Below, piece by piece: positions 7,915-17,417 of a DNA stretch of 51,584 nt. This stretch comes from Candidatus Nanohalarchaeota archaeon (GTDB lineage: Archaea > EX4484-52), in NCBI GenBank assembly GCA_003660905.1, contig QMVB01000001.1:1-51584 (forward strand). The letters run 5' to 3'. The notes under the pieces are model-generated. The model was given only the letters and a program-made list of their open reading frames with translations, had not been told where the DNA came from and made no database searches. A program made the translations under genes and the position numbers. Position 1 is the first letter of the stretch, and every line of letters starts with the position of its first letter.

Positions 7915-8073
7915 ATGAAATGCATTAGTTGCGGAAAAAACATAGGCAGTACGACTCATTATTCTACCTTCTTATGTCCTGCCTGTGGAGAGACTCAAAT
8001 CACAAGATGCAATCAGTGCAAGAAAAGGGCTGTCCGGTACAAATGCAGCAAATGCGGTTTTATTGGACCATAA
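7915..8073 (+). CDS. Small zinc-ribbon protein with four CxxC motifs (DUF1610/HVO_2753-like)
   Basis: 52-aa ORF absent from the track: MKCISCGKNIGSTTHYSTFLCPACGETQITRCNQCKKRAVRYKCSKCGFIGP, with TAA at 8071-8073. Confidence 0.65.
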   Translation: MKCISCGKNIGSTTHYSTFLCPACGETQITRCNQCKKRAVRYKCSKCGFIGP

Positions 8074-8083
8074 TCATGCAAAT

Positions 8084-8476
8084 ATGGGAGATTGTATATT
8101 CTGTAAAGTTATTAAAAAGGAAATTCCTTCCTATATTATTTATGAAGATGAAAATTTCATCTCTTTCTTAGACATTAATCCAAAGGCATTCGGGCACTGC
8201 CTTGTTGTTCCAAAAGAGCATTACGACGATATTTACAGCTACAGGGAAAAAGCAGGCGCCAGCGTAATTGACGCAATAAGAACAGTATGCCTAATGATTA
8301 AAGAAAACATGAACTGCGCAGGACTGAATGTTGTCCAGAACAATGGCAGGATTGCAGGACAGCTGATAGAGCATATTCATTTTCACATAATCCCGCGCTT
8401 TGAAAAAGAAATAGGCGTAAACAAAAGAGATTTCAAGGCAGTTTTAAGGATGATAAAGGGAGAAAGTAAAGCGTAA
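8084..8476 (+). CDS. HIT-family (histidine triad) nucleotide hydrolase
   Basis: MGDCIFCKVIKKEIP start typical of the HIT family, and the HIHFHIIPR histidine triad. The track ORF beginning at 7985 overlaps the zinc-ribbon gene and is probably over-extended. Confidence 0.85.
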   Translation: MGDCIFCKVIKKEIPSYIIYEDENFISFLDINPKAFGHCLVVPKEHYDDIYSYREKAGASVIDAIRTVCLMIKENMNCAGLNVVQNNGRIAGQLIEHIHFHIIPRFEKEIGVNKRDFKAVLRMIKGESKA

Positions 8477-8477
8477 G

Positions 8478-8561
8478 CGTTGAGAGGGGGATTTGAACCC
8501 CCGAGGGCCGAAGCCGACCAGCTTTCCAGGCTGGCGCACTACCAAGCTATGCGATCTCAAC
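8478..8561 (-). tRNA. tRNA-Ser (anticodon GGA)
   Basis: The reverse complement folds as a cloverleaf. Acceptor GTTGAGA/TCTCAAC, anticodon stem CCAGC/GCTGG with loop CTGGAAA, long variable arm, T arm GGGGG-TTCAAAT-CCCCC. Confidence 0.85.
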
Positions 8562-8582
8562 ATTCCTGTGTAATTAAAATAG

Positions 8583-9776
8583 ATGATATTTTTTAAAATA
8601 ATGCTCTTTGTAAAAGATATGCCCGACCTAATCCGCGAAGAAGACACGACCATAAAAGTCCCGGACAGCCAAGACCTTACAAGAAAAGCAGAGGTTTTCT
8701 ACAACCCGGAAATGAAATTCAACAGGGATTTGTCCTGCCTTGTTTTGGCAGAGGATTTCAAATCAAGAATCAAAAAAAGGGATTCCTACACTGTGTGCGA
8801 TTCAATGGCGGCAAGCGGCATAAGAGCAATAAGGTATTTTAAGGAACTTGAGAAAATCGAGAGGAAATTCAAAAAGAAAATATTTGCAATATGGCTTAAT
8901 GACATAAAAAAAGATGCCCTTGATGCGGCAAAAAAAAACCTGAAATTAAACAGGATAGCGGGAAAAAAGATTGTCCTGAGCAATGAAAATGCAAAAACCC
9001 TTTTTTCAGGCAATAGATTCGACTTTACAGACATTGACCCGTTCGGGAGCAGTGTTTATTATCTCGACTCTTTTTTTGGCAACTCCATGCACAATGGTCT
9101 TCTTGCAGCGACATACACAGATACAGCCCCTCTTTGCGGGACATATCCAAATACGTGCCTTATCCGCTATTTTGCAAAACCTGCGCGCATAGACAACATG
9201 CACGAGATTGGCTTGAGGATATTGATTGCAAAGACAAATATCATCGCCGCAATGCATGAAAAGACGTATTCTCCTCTTGTCTCGTTTTCAAGAAGGCATT
9301 ATTTCCGGCTCTTTGGAAGAGCAAAAAAATCATCCAAGGGAACAATAAAGGAGCATCTAAATAATATCGGCTACATGCTCTACTGCAAAAAATGCATGGA
9401 AAGAAAATTTGTTGGTCTTGAGTTGTTCTCTCAAAAAGATAAATGCTCGTGCGGGGAGAATTATGATTATGCAGGTCCTTTATGGACTGGAAATTTAAAT
9501 GATTCTGATTTTTGCGACAGGCTCATTCCATGCGCAAATGATGAGAAAATGAAGGAGTTTATAGAAATGCTTGCAGAAGAGAGCAGGAACGGAGGCATCT
9601 GCTATTCTATCCATGAACTGGCAAAAAAAACAAAGAAAGATGTTTTAAAGACAGGCAAACTGATTTCTGTTCTTCAGAAGCAGGGGTTCAATGCTTCTTG
9701 CTGCCATTTTGGAGGGCATTTTGTGAAGACTGATAAAATGCTGAATGGGAAGGAATATGGGAAAATTGCGCATTAA
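8583..9776 (+). CDS. trm1: tRNA (guanine26-N2)-dimethyltransferase Trm1
   Basis: Contains FYNPEMKFNRDLS, CDSMAASGIRAIRY, DIDPFGS and a C-terminal Cys cluster. The true start is probably the Met at 8619 (MPDLIRE). Confidence 0.85.
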   Translation: MIFFKIMLFVKDMPDLIREEDTTIKVPDSQDLTRKAEVFYNPEMKFNRDLSCLVLAEDFKSRIKKRDSYTVCDSMAASGIRAIRYFKELEKIERKFKKKIFAIWLNDIKKDALDAAKKNLKLNRIAGKKIVLSNENAKTLFSGNRFDFTDIDPFGSSVYYLDSFFGNSMHNGLLAATYTDTAPLCGTYPNTCLIRYFAKPARIDNMHEIGLRILIAKTNIIAAMHEKTYSPLVSFSRRHYFRLFGRAKKSSKGTIKEHLNNIGYMLYCKKCMERKFVGLELFSQKDKCSCGENYDYAGPLWTGNLNDSDFCDRLIPCANDEKMKEFIEMLAEESRNGGICYSIHELAKKTKKDVLKTGKLISVLQKQGFNASCCHFGGHFVKTDKMLNGKEYGKIAH

Positions 9777-9783
9777 TAATAAG

Positions 9784-11316
9784 CTATATCCTATCCAGCA
9801 ACCGATAAGTATTATCCCTTATCGCCCTCCTGTGAAGAGCCTCCATATTCTCATCAATGCCGTAAAAGGACGCAGGAAGCTCCTTTGGATGCATGTTGAT
9901 ATCAAGAAATTCTCTCATTTTCTTCAATGAAAAAGAAGTATCTGGATGATTGCCATCTAAGGAATATGACAGATAGCCAAAATCCATGCCTTTTTGCTTC
10001 AGGGAATACAGGATAGAATAAATAGAATACATCCTGTAGCTCATCTGCTTTACGCCTGCATTATTTATTACATCCACAACAACTTCCTTTATGTATTTTC
10101 CACTGCCAGAGGGAAGTTGCGCTATGCCTTTTTCAACATCCACGAGATTCAGTATCAGGTTGTATAAATCAAGGCAAATTCCGCTGTATTGACCATTGTC
10201 AAGGTTTTTGGAAAGTATTGTGTAATCCTCTACAGTGTTGAGCCGCATATTTTCACTGCTCCATTTGCTCGGCGGCTTTGCAGTCGCAAACAAGACAGGG
10301 AGGTTATGCCTTGAAATAAAATCATAGGCGCTTATTTTGCCTATAGTCCTGTCAAAGCTGTCAAAGCAGACAGACTCGTCTGTTGTCCTGAAATGCCCTG
10401 TAATATATGTGCAGGCAACGGCAGAGACGATTTTTTTGATTATGTTAGAAATGCTTTTGTCTTCATAATAAGAATTCCGGTATATTTTTTCACCTGCGTT
10501 TATTTTTTCAATCATAAGCTCGGGGTTGATGCCGGAGAGGTGAAAATCATTCCATACAGGATTTTTTGTATTGTATAAATATTGCCCCACAACTGCATAG
10601 GCATCTTTTTCCTGCGCTTTCGCCCCGTTGATTATCCAGTGGTCAAAAAGCGATAAAACATTATACTGCTCAAAGGCGTTCTTTAATTTCTCATTTTTTT
10701 CCGCCATTTGCTTTAATTCACCAAACAATGGCATCCTGCCGCTAAATATTATTTTTCGCGCCTCCTGCTCAAAAAACAGAATAATCGCTGTTGTACCAGA
10801 GCTGTGTATATTCAGGCTTTCAAAAATTAGGCGGATATGCTTTGCGCAAAACCAGTCAACAAGATTTCCGTTTTTTATTAAAGTTCCCAGGTTCTGTCCC
10901 TGCGGACCAACCTGCGGAGTAATATTTTTTTGGCTCAGATGCTCAAATGCGAAGCATATAGGCGGCACTATTTTAGTAGCAGGGAAAAATGAAATAAATC
11001 GCGCATTGAATACAGTTTTGTTGTAGAACAGTATTGAAATGAATTTTTTATGCGCTTCTCTCCACTCGCCCAGATTTGAAGAAGAAAGGTCTGCAATCCC
11101 CGTGGTGCGGCATCCGAGATTTACTTTTTCAATGTCAATCAAATGACGAACTGCTTTTTCCAGATGCGGCTCAAGGTTGCCTGACAATTCCTCCTTTTCG
11201 ATTATTACGAATTCAGAACCTGCTTTTAATGCCTCAGACAGAATTATAAACTGGCTCTTATCTTTTTCAGATACAAGAGACGGCTTGACAATGGAAGAAA
11301 TAATATAATGGCTCAT
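9784..11316 (-). CDS. Hypothetical soluble protein (510 aa), no family recognised
   Basis: Long uninterrupted ORF with compact spacing to its neighbours. I could find no TM segments and no nucleotide-binding or catalytic motif. Confidence 0.6.
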   Translation of the reverse strand: MSHYIISSIVKPSLVSEKDKSQFIILSEALKAGSEFVIIEKEELSGNLEPHLEKAVRHLIDIEKVNLGCRTTGIADLSSSNLGEWREAHKKFISILFYNKTVFNARFISFFPATKIVPPICFAFEHLSQKNITPQVGPQGQNLGTLIKNGNLVDWFCAKHIRLIFESLNIHSSGTTAIILFFEQEARKIIFSGRMPLFGELKQMAEKNEKLKNAFEQYNVLSLFDHWIINGAKAQEKDAYAVVGQYLYNTKNPVWNDFHLSGINPELMIEKINAGEKIYRNSYYEDKSISNIIKKIVSAVACTYITGHFRTTDESVCFDSFDRTIGKISAYDFISRHNLPVLFATAKPPSKWSSENMRLNTVEDYTILSKNLDNGQYSGICLDLYNLILNLVDVEKGIAQLPSGSGKYIKEVVVDVINNAGVKQMSYRMYSIYSILYSLKQKGMDFGYLSYSLDGNHPDTSFSLKKMREFLDINMHPKELPASFYGIDENMEALHRRAIRDNTYRLLDRI

Positions 11317-11359
11317 CCATAATAATTATCATTTATGTTTTTATTGTTTTCTTTTAGTT

Positions 11360-11953
11360 ATGAAATATATGGGAAAAGAAAGGTCGCGGGAAAAAAACCT
11401 CCTTTTTGTTTTGCATTCATTTGAGATTCTTTTTTCTTCAGGCAAAAGCCATGAAGAGGCAGTTGCAATTATTGCAAAAAACGGTTACGGCGCAATAACA
11501 GATGATTTTAAAGAAATCCTGGCCAAAACAGAGAAAAATCAAAAAAGCATGCATTCTGCATTGATTGAAGCAAGAGCGCAGACAAAAGTCCAAAATTACC
11601 GGCTCCTTCTTGAATACCTTGCGTTTTCTTATAAAAACAAGACAAACATACTGGACAATATCATAGATATTGAAAAAAAAGCGACAAAAGAGCAGATAAT
11701 TATGCACAAAAAATATGAAAATCTTGCAGTAACCCTTATGGAGGTATACATTATTGCGCTTATTCCTGCAATTATTCTCAATACAGCTATAATCTCCATT
11801 AAAATGTTCAGCGAAAATGAACTGCTGTCTTATTTCGGAACAACAATCCCTCAAATCAGCCAAACTGCAATAGCATCATTCTATATTATCAATGCCATTG
11901 CGCTGCTTGGAATTGTGTTTTATGTCTATCAGGCAAACCCGAACAACAGGTAA
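11360..11953 (+). CDS. Half-size TadC/FlaJ-like (T2SS-F domain) membrane protein
   Basis: 197 aa. A soluble helical domain (LHSFEILFSSGKSHEEAVAIIAKNGYG...SMHSALIEA) is followed by two TM helices, as in type II secretion F-domain platform proteins. Confidence 0.55.
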   Translation: MKYMGKERSREKNLLFVLHSFEILFSSGKSHEEAVAIIAKNGYGAITDDFKEILAKTEKNQKSMHSALIEARAQTKVQNYRLLLEYLAFSYKNKTNILDNIIDIEKKATKEQIIMHKKYENLAVTLMEVYIIALIPAIILNTAIISIKMFSENELLSYFGTTIPQISQTAIASFYIINAIALLGIVFYVYQANPNNR

Positions 11954-13074
11954 ATTCCCCAGACAAATATTCCTGAAATTATCGGCAGGGTTATGTTGTC
12001 ATTTATTCTTCTTCCCTTCACTTTAATTTCTGCAAGCTCTGCCATTGTTCCTATTAAAGCGCATAAAAACAAAAACAGCACTATTTTCATCCCGTAAATT
12101 TTATTGTATGCAAAAAAAAGCAGAAGTGCAATAAAATTGAACAAAAAGCATGCAACCGTTCCTCCAATGGATTTATCCGGAGGAAATGACAATTTTCTGG
12201 TTTTGAAATGAGTCCCGAACACTGTTGCAAAGGAATCGCCAACAGCAAGGAGCAAAATGCATATGAGAGCAATTGTCTTTGGAAATATAATAAGGCTAAT
12301 CATGCTGCCTATCAGAAAATACAGGGCGCCTGCAACAGGCGACTCTTTTTTCCGCTTTACTTCATTTACAAGAAGGTGAAGAGGGAATATTTTTCTGTTG
12401 TAGACAAACTCAACAGCAAGGCATGATGCCATAAGAAAAAATCCAAATACAATGCTTTCTGCCCTTGTAAAATTCAGCATAATGAAAAGAATAAAAATCC
12501 CAAGGGAAAAATGGATGATCTGCCTTTTCAATTCCCTGTAATTGAATGAAAACGAATCCGGTCCAAAGAGCAGCGCCATTTTGCCGAAAATATATCCTAT
12601 TGCCGCCCCTGCAAGTACATCGCTTGGATAATGGACTCCCAGAATTGTGCGGGAAAGTGAAATAAACACAGCAGCCAGGGCGGCGGTAAAATAAATATAT
12701 TTGGCATCCTTTCTTTTTTCAATGAGCGACGGGATAATGCACAGGAGAAAAAAAGCAAACACAGCATGCCTGCTCGGAAAAGACATACTGGAACTGACAT
12801 CAGAGAGAATGGTAAGGGATGCTATGGAAAAATGCGGGCGGGCGATATTTGATACCTGCTTCATGCCTTCGACAAATACATATAAAACCCCTGCCCAAAA
12901 CAGGTTCAATAAAAAATATTTGCCTCCTTTTTTGTAAGATAAAAAAAGAACAGCGATGATAAAAAGATATACAATATACGAAACAAAAACCATTGTCCCT
13001 GAATTGAACTGATTCAGAAAAAACAAAACATTAATATTTAAATCATTTAATGCACTAATTAATCCTGCAAACAT
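11929..13074 (-). CDS. PAP2 phosphatase fused to a polyprenol/dolichol kinase-like (CTP-transferase 1 family) domain
   Basis: 381 aa and polytopic. PAP2 motifs PSRHAVFAFF and SRTILGVHYPSDVLAGAAIG are in the N-terminal half. GDSFATVFGTHF...DKSIGGTVACF in the C-terminal half resembles dolichol kinase/CdsA-family enzymes. Confidence 0.65.
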   Translation of the reverse strand: MFAGLISALNDLNINVLFFLNQFNSGTMVFVSYIVYLFIIAVLFLSYKKGGKYFLLNLFWAGVLYVFVEGMKQVSNIARPHFSIASLTILSDVSSSMSFPSRHAVFAFFLLCIIPSLIEKRKDAKYIYFTAALAAVFISLSRTILGVHYPSDVLAGAAIGYIFGKMALLFGPDSFSFNYRELKRQIIHFSLGIFILFIMLNFTRAESIVFGFFLMASCLAVEFVYNRKIFPLHLLVNEVKRKKESPVAGALYFLIGSMISLIIFPKTIALICILLLAVGDSFATVFGTHFKTRKLSFPPDKSIGGTVACFLFNFIALLLFFAYNKIYGMKIVLFLFLCALIGTMAELAEIKVKGRRINDNITLPIISGIFVWGIYLLFGFA

Positions 13075-13129
13075 ATATATAATATTTAATGCAAAAATAT
13101 ATATGTATATCTATTAATAACAAGTTCCT

Positions 13130-14437
13130 ATGTTAAACAATAACTACAATGAAAAAGGCAATTACATATATCGGGTTAAACGTGAAGATTCTGATTTGGA
13201 CTCTTTTTTGAACCTGCTCTATGATGACCGACTCGAGGAAATAATGTACATCGGGGAGAAAAAAACAGTGAAAGTGTTTCACAGAGAGTATGGAATGTGC
13301 GAAACAGACATGAAGATGAGCAAAAAAAGCGCAAATTCCCTGATCGAGCAGGTACTAAACTCCTCTCCTGATATAGATGGCTCGGGAAAAATCATAAATT
13401 CGTCTCTTGCAGATGGCTCCCGCATAAACATCGTAAGAGGAGAAATTGTGGATGACGGACCTGTCATTACAATAAGAAAATTCAAAAAAGATCCAATCAC
13501 AATCATTGATCTCATAAGAAACAAAACAATGACTGTTGAATTTGCAGCATACATGTGGATGTGCATCGAAGGACTTAATGCAAACCCGGCAAATATTATT
13601 TTCTGCGGAGGCACAAGCAGCGGAAAAACTACAACCCTGAACGCATTCAGCGTTTTCATTCCAAAAAAATCAAGAATAATCACAATTGAAGACTGCTTTG
13701 AACTGCGTCTGCCGCACAGCCATGTAGTCGCCCTTGAATCAACAAATGACGTTTCAATGCAAAATCTGCTAAAAACAACACTTAGAATGAGACCAAACCG
13801 GATACTTATAGGAGAAGTAAGGGACAAGGAGGCCCAGGATTTATTCACTGCAATGAATATAGGATACGGTGGATGCATGGGAACGATTCATTCAAATTCA
13901 ACAAGGGAAACAATTACGCGGGTAACGAACAAGCCGATGGAGGTCCCTATAATTCTGATAAGAAACCTGGATTTGATTGTAATGCAGAAGAAAAAAATCA
14001 TAGATGGAAAAGCCCAGAGGTATGTGAATGAAGTCAGTGAAATCAGCGGAAGCGAAGGAGACAATCCCCTGCTGAATACGGTTTTTTCCTACAATGAAAG
14101 GACAAATGTGCTTGAGCGGACAAATGTACCGAGCAGGACAAGGGCAAAAATAGTCAATGATTCAGGAATCAGCATCGCAAGATTCGAGAACATACTTGCC
14201 GCAAGAAAAAAAATACTCTCTGCGCTGGCAGAGAGAAGCGAAAAGTACAGAAATATTGAACTGCTGGATATTCTTGACCAGCAGAGCACAATTACAAGAG
14301 AGCAGGCAACAGATGAGCCAGTATATGAAAGCAATCCATATAAAAATAATAATACTGCTAAAATTGATGAAAAGAGCAAGGAAAACGAAAGCCTTTTTGG
14401 AAAAATGAGCAGTTTTTTTGAGGAAAAAATGTTTTAG
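13130..14437 (+). CDS. Type II/IV secretion family ATPase (FlaI/VirB11/PilB-like)
   Basis: 435 aa. Walker A GGTSSGKTTTLNA, Asp box ITIEDCFEL, Walker B RPNRILIGEVRDKEA, His box GTIHSNS. Has a low-complexity acidic C-terminal tail. Confidence 0.85.
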   Translation: MLNNNYNEKGNYIYRVKREDSDLDSFLNLLYDDRLEEIMYIGEKKTVKVFHREYGMCETDMKMSKKSANSLIEQVLNSSPDIDGSGKIINSSLADGSRINIVRGEIVDDGPVITIRKFKKDPITIIDLIRNKTMTVEFAAYMWMCIEGLNANPANIIFCGGTSSGKTTTLNAFSVFIPKKSRIITIEDCFELRLPHSHVVALESTNDVSMQNLLKTTLRMRPNRILIGEVRDKEAQDLFTAMNIGYGGCMGTIHSNSTRETITRVTNKPMEVPIILIRNLDLIVMQKKKIIDGKAQRYVNEVSEISGSEGDNPLLNTVFSYNERTNVLERTNVPSRTRAKIVNDSGISIARFENILAARKKILSALAERSEKYRNIELLDILDQQSTITREQATDEPVYESNPYKNNNTAKIDEKSKENESLFGKMSSFFEEKMF

Positions 14438-14571
14438 TGCCCCGATTAAAACCCAAAACGATACTTTTATTAAAAAAACATATATACTAAATCCGGGGAA
14501 AACGAAAACTTTATATACTTTAGTATATATAATATTGTTATTACTAAAGAGTAGTAACAGAGGGGGTAAAA

Positions 14572-16017
14572 ATGAAAAATATCAATTCACTAATAATAGT
14601 CTTATTAATCACATTCAGTTGTCTTGCAAGCATAAGTTATGCTTTGCCGTCAATTGAAATCACAGAAACTAATATTGAAGAAAATATATTCGTAGGCGAC
14701 GTACTCGATGTTGCCATTGACTTTGCAATTGGCTCAGACAGGTCGGAACTGGTTCGCCTTTCACTGTATATAGACAACAAAATAAAAGACAGCTACACTT
14801 CCTTTTATCCTGACGGGGACTTTACATTTACATTTCATTATGATACAGATTATATCTCAAGAGGAGAGCATACTCTTAAAATAAAGGCAGAAGTCATCAG
14901 GGATGATGACGTGAAAGATTCAGATTCCCAAAGCCAGACATTTGAATTAAAGCAGGTAACCTCAGACATTTATCATAATGTTGTGATAAGCCAGATAAAA
15001 TATCCGCTAAAAGCATCAATGAATTCCAACATCCCTATAACCCTGACAATCCAAAACAACGGTGTTGTTGATGAATCAAGCATGCAGACCAAAATAAAAA
15101 TAAATGCAAAGACATACAAATCAGATTATTTTTACCTGAAAAAAGGAGACAAAAAAATTCAGACAATGTATGTGAAAACGCCCATGGAGAAGGGTGAATT
15201 TGAAATTGAAACTGAAACATCCAATCCTTATGTAATGGACAAAAAAACCATAGACTTGGTTGTGGAAGACATTTCTCTCCTGTTGAAAACAGACAGCACG
15301 AATATAAGCCAGGGAAAGTACATCTTTGTTTATGGCTATGTAAGGGAAGAAACTCCAAGGCAGAATTATGTTTATATATACAAAGACAATGTGTATTTTA
15401 CAAAAATAATTCCTGGCGGGGACGGTTTTTTTTCATACTTCCTAAAATTTGAAGAAGAAGGAGAGCATATAATATCTGCAAAAATATACGGCATGAAAAA
15501 AAGCATTAAGATAAATGTATATGCTCCTGCCCATGAGCAGGAAATTATTGAAAACAAAACAACTCTGATTCCTGGCCGCGCAGAAAATAAAACAGGGAAA
15601 GAGAACGCAACAGCTCCTGTCAGCGTAGATATAAGCAATGAAACCCAAATAGGCGAAGAAGAGCAGATTGGAGAAGGAAATGGAATCCCTGACAGGGCAG
15701 AAACCATAAGTGGATATTTCGTAAAAATAAGCGAAACAAACATCCTGCCATTGATTGTATTGTTTGCGATTATATTGCTTTTGAGCTATATTGCATTGGG
15801 AAACCATCGCATAAAGGCAATTCCGTGGAATAGTTTTAAACTCTCCAAACAGCGCGAAGAAGGAGAACCGGGACCAGGGAAAAGCCTGTTTTCCGGCATC
15901 GAAGGAAGAAAAGCCGCTGAAGGACACGAGCCAGCAAAGCCTTTAGTCCAAAAAGAAGAACCCGCAGACATTTTCACTTCATCTTATTGGGTGAGTTACA
16001 GGAATATGGTCAAATAG
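14572..16017 (+). CDS. Secreted/anchored surface protein with Ig/CARDB-like repeats
   Basis: 481 aa. Has a Sec-type leader MKNINSLIIVLLITFSCLASISYA, beta-rich repeats, a C-terminal TM helix (ILPLIVLFAIILLLSYIAL) and a charged tail. GAGGGGG lies upstream of the ATG. Confidence 0.6.
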   Translation: MKNINSLIIVLLITFSCLASISYALPSIEITETNIEENIFVGDVLDVAIDFAIGSDRSELVRLSLYIDNKIKDSYTSFYPDGDFTFTFHYDTDYISRGEHTLKIKAEVIRDDDVKDSDSQSQTFELKQVTSDIYHNVVISQIKYPLKASMNSNIPITLTIQNNGVVDESSMQTKIKINAKTYKSDYFYLKKGDKKIQTMYVKTPMEKGEFEIETETSNPYVMDKKTIDLVVEDISLLLKTDSTNISQGKYIFVYGYVREETPRQNYVYIYKDNVYFTKIIPGGDGFFSYFLKFEEEGEHIISAKIYGMKKSIKINVYAPAHEQEIIENKTTLIPGRAENKTGKENATAPVSVDISNETQIGEEEQIGEGNGIPDRAETISGYFVKISETNILPLIVLFAIILLLSYIALGNHRIKAIPWNSFKLSKQREEGEPGPGKSLFSGIEGRKAAEGHEPAKPLVQKEEPADIFTSSYWVSYRNMVK

Positions 16018-16169
16018 TCAATCTCTGTATTTTATGCAAATAGAGGTTGAGCGCTTTTTGATGAAACTTTTTCGCAAAAAGTTTCTGTTATAGGAACATG
16101 ATTGAGTGAACGGACACATGATGCATTTTTTATTGACTGTTTTGATGATGCAAAAATCAGGTCATTGCG

Positions 16170-17153
16170 ATGCAATCGCAGATTTTTAAATCTTCCATTC
16201 ATTGTCATTACATGGCAAATGTAGCTGATTTCAGATGGAAAAAAGACATGAAACTCCATTGCTTTGGATCCAGTCTTGGAACTATAGGATTCCAGGGAAC
16301 AGAAATACGGAATGCCTCAAATGTAATAGTAAAGATGAGAACCGAAGGGGCAAAGATTTTTTTGACATTTACTTCCAATATGGCAACCTCGGGACTGAGG
16401 GGATTTTTTGCGCAGTTGATTGACCTGAAAATGGCTGATGTGATTGTAACAACCGTCGGCGGAATAGAAGAAGACATAATGAAGGCAAACGGCGAAAAAT
16501 TTCCAATCGGCAGTTTTTATTCTGATGACAATGCATTGTATGAAAAAGGAAATAACCGCGTCGGTAATTTGCTTGTGGAGAACAAGAGCTATGAAAAATT
16601 TGAAGACATGATTGAGCCGATGCTTGAAAAACTGTATGCCAAAAAGCAAAGATACACTGTCTCGGAACTGCTGTATGAATTAGGTCTGCAATTAAATGAC
16701 AAAAACTCTATTTTGTATCAGGCATCGCACCATAATGTGCCAATATTCTGCCCTGCAATAACAGACGGGGCTTTTGGGTTTCATCTGTATTCTTTTTCAC
16801 TGAAGCATAAGGATTTTATTGTAGATGTTGTAGGAGATTTTTCAAGACTGCTGTCTGCTTCGACTTATGATGAAAAAAAAGGATTGATTTCTCTTGGCGG
16901 GGGGGTTTCAAAGCATCATGCGATTCTTGGAACTTTGATTAATGGGGGGCTGGATTATGCTATATATATGACCACTGCCCATTATACCTCGGGAAGCATG
17001 AGCGGAGCAACGACGCAGGAAGCGAAGAGCTGGGGCAAGATAAAGGATGATGCAGATGCTGTCACCGTAATAGGAGATGTGAGCGTGTTCTTTCCACTGG
17101 CAATGTGCATGGCACTGGAAGAGTTGAGTAAGAGAGGCGTTGTTAAAGTTTAA
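16170..17153 (+). CDS. dys: Deoxyhypusine synthase
   Basis: Contains IGFQGTEIRNA, FLTFTSNMATSGLRG, VTTVGGIEEDIMK and GATTQEAKSWGKI. The start may be the downstream Met at 16212. Confidence 0.85.
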   Translation: MQSQIFKSSIHCHYMANVADFRWKKDMKLHCFGSSLGTIGFQGTEIRNASNVIVKMRTEGAKIFLTFTSNMATSGLRGFFAQLIDLKMADVIVTTVGGIEEDIMKANGEKFPIGSFYSDDNALYEKGNNRVGNLLVENKSYEKFEDMIEPMLEKLYAKKQRYTVSELLYELGLQLNDKNSILYQASHHNVPIFCPAITDGAFGFHLYSFSLKHKDFIVDVVGDFSRLLSASTYDEKKGLISLGGGVSKHHAILGTLINGGLDYAIYMTTAHYTSGSMSGATTQEAKSWGKIKDDADAVTVIGDVSVFFPLAMCMALEELSKRGVVKV

Positions 17154-17417
17154 TGAATTATCGGTTTTTTTAAAGAAAAAGAAATTATTTTTAAACTCAA
17201 CTTTAATAACTGCGCAGTTTCCTTTAATCTTTCCAATTCATTTCTTTCTTCTTCAAGCGCATAGTAAATTATTTGGAGTTTTTTTATCTTTTGTTCTTGT
17301 ATTGTCAATTTGCCCGATTATTTCATTGATGTCTATTTTCATAGTTAATTATCTCTCTTCCATTTGCGCAGTTGCTTTTTTGAACCATATATTTTGATTT
17401 TCGCCTGCATTTCCCAG

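Noticed and set aside
13279-13878. Long antisense ORFs in the track that overlap well-supported genes: 13279-13878(-), 3593-4048(-), 24484-24939(-), 46675-47145(-), 10628-11026(+), 38727-39164(+) and 15442-15927(-).
   Set aside because: Each lies entirely inside a gene with strong family motifs on the other strand. Their products are low-complexity or Cys/Phe/Leu-rich, as expected for shadow frames in AT-rich DNA.
17154-17417. A small coiled-coil gene on the minus strand between dys and the giant J-protein gene (MKIDINEIIGQ...).
   Set aside because: The ATG-initiated frame stops after ~30 codons. The longer coiled-coil-like reading (LTIQEQKIKKLQIIYYALEEERNELERLKE...) needs a frameshift or a TTG start. 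There is too little evidence to call it.
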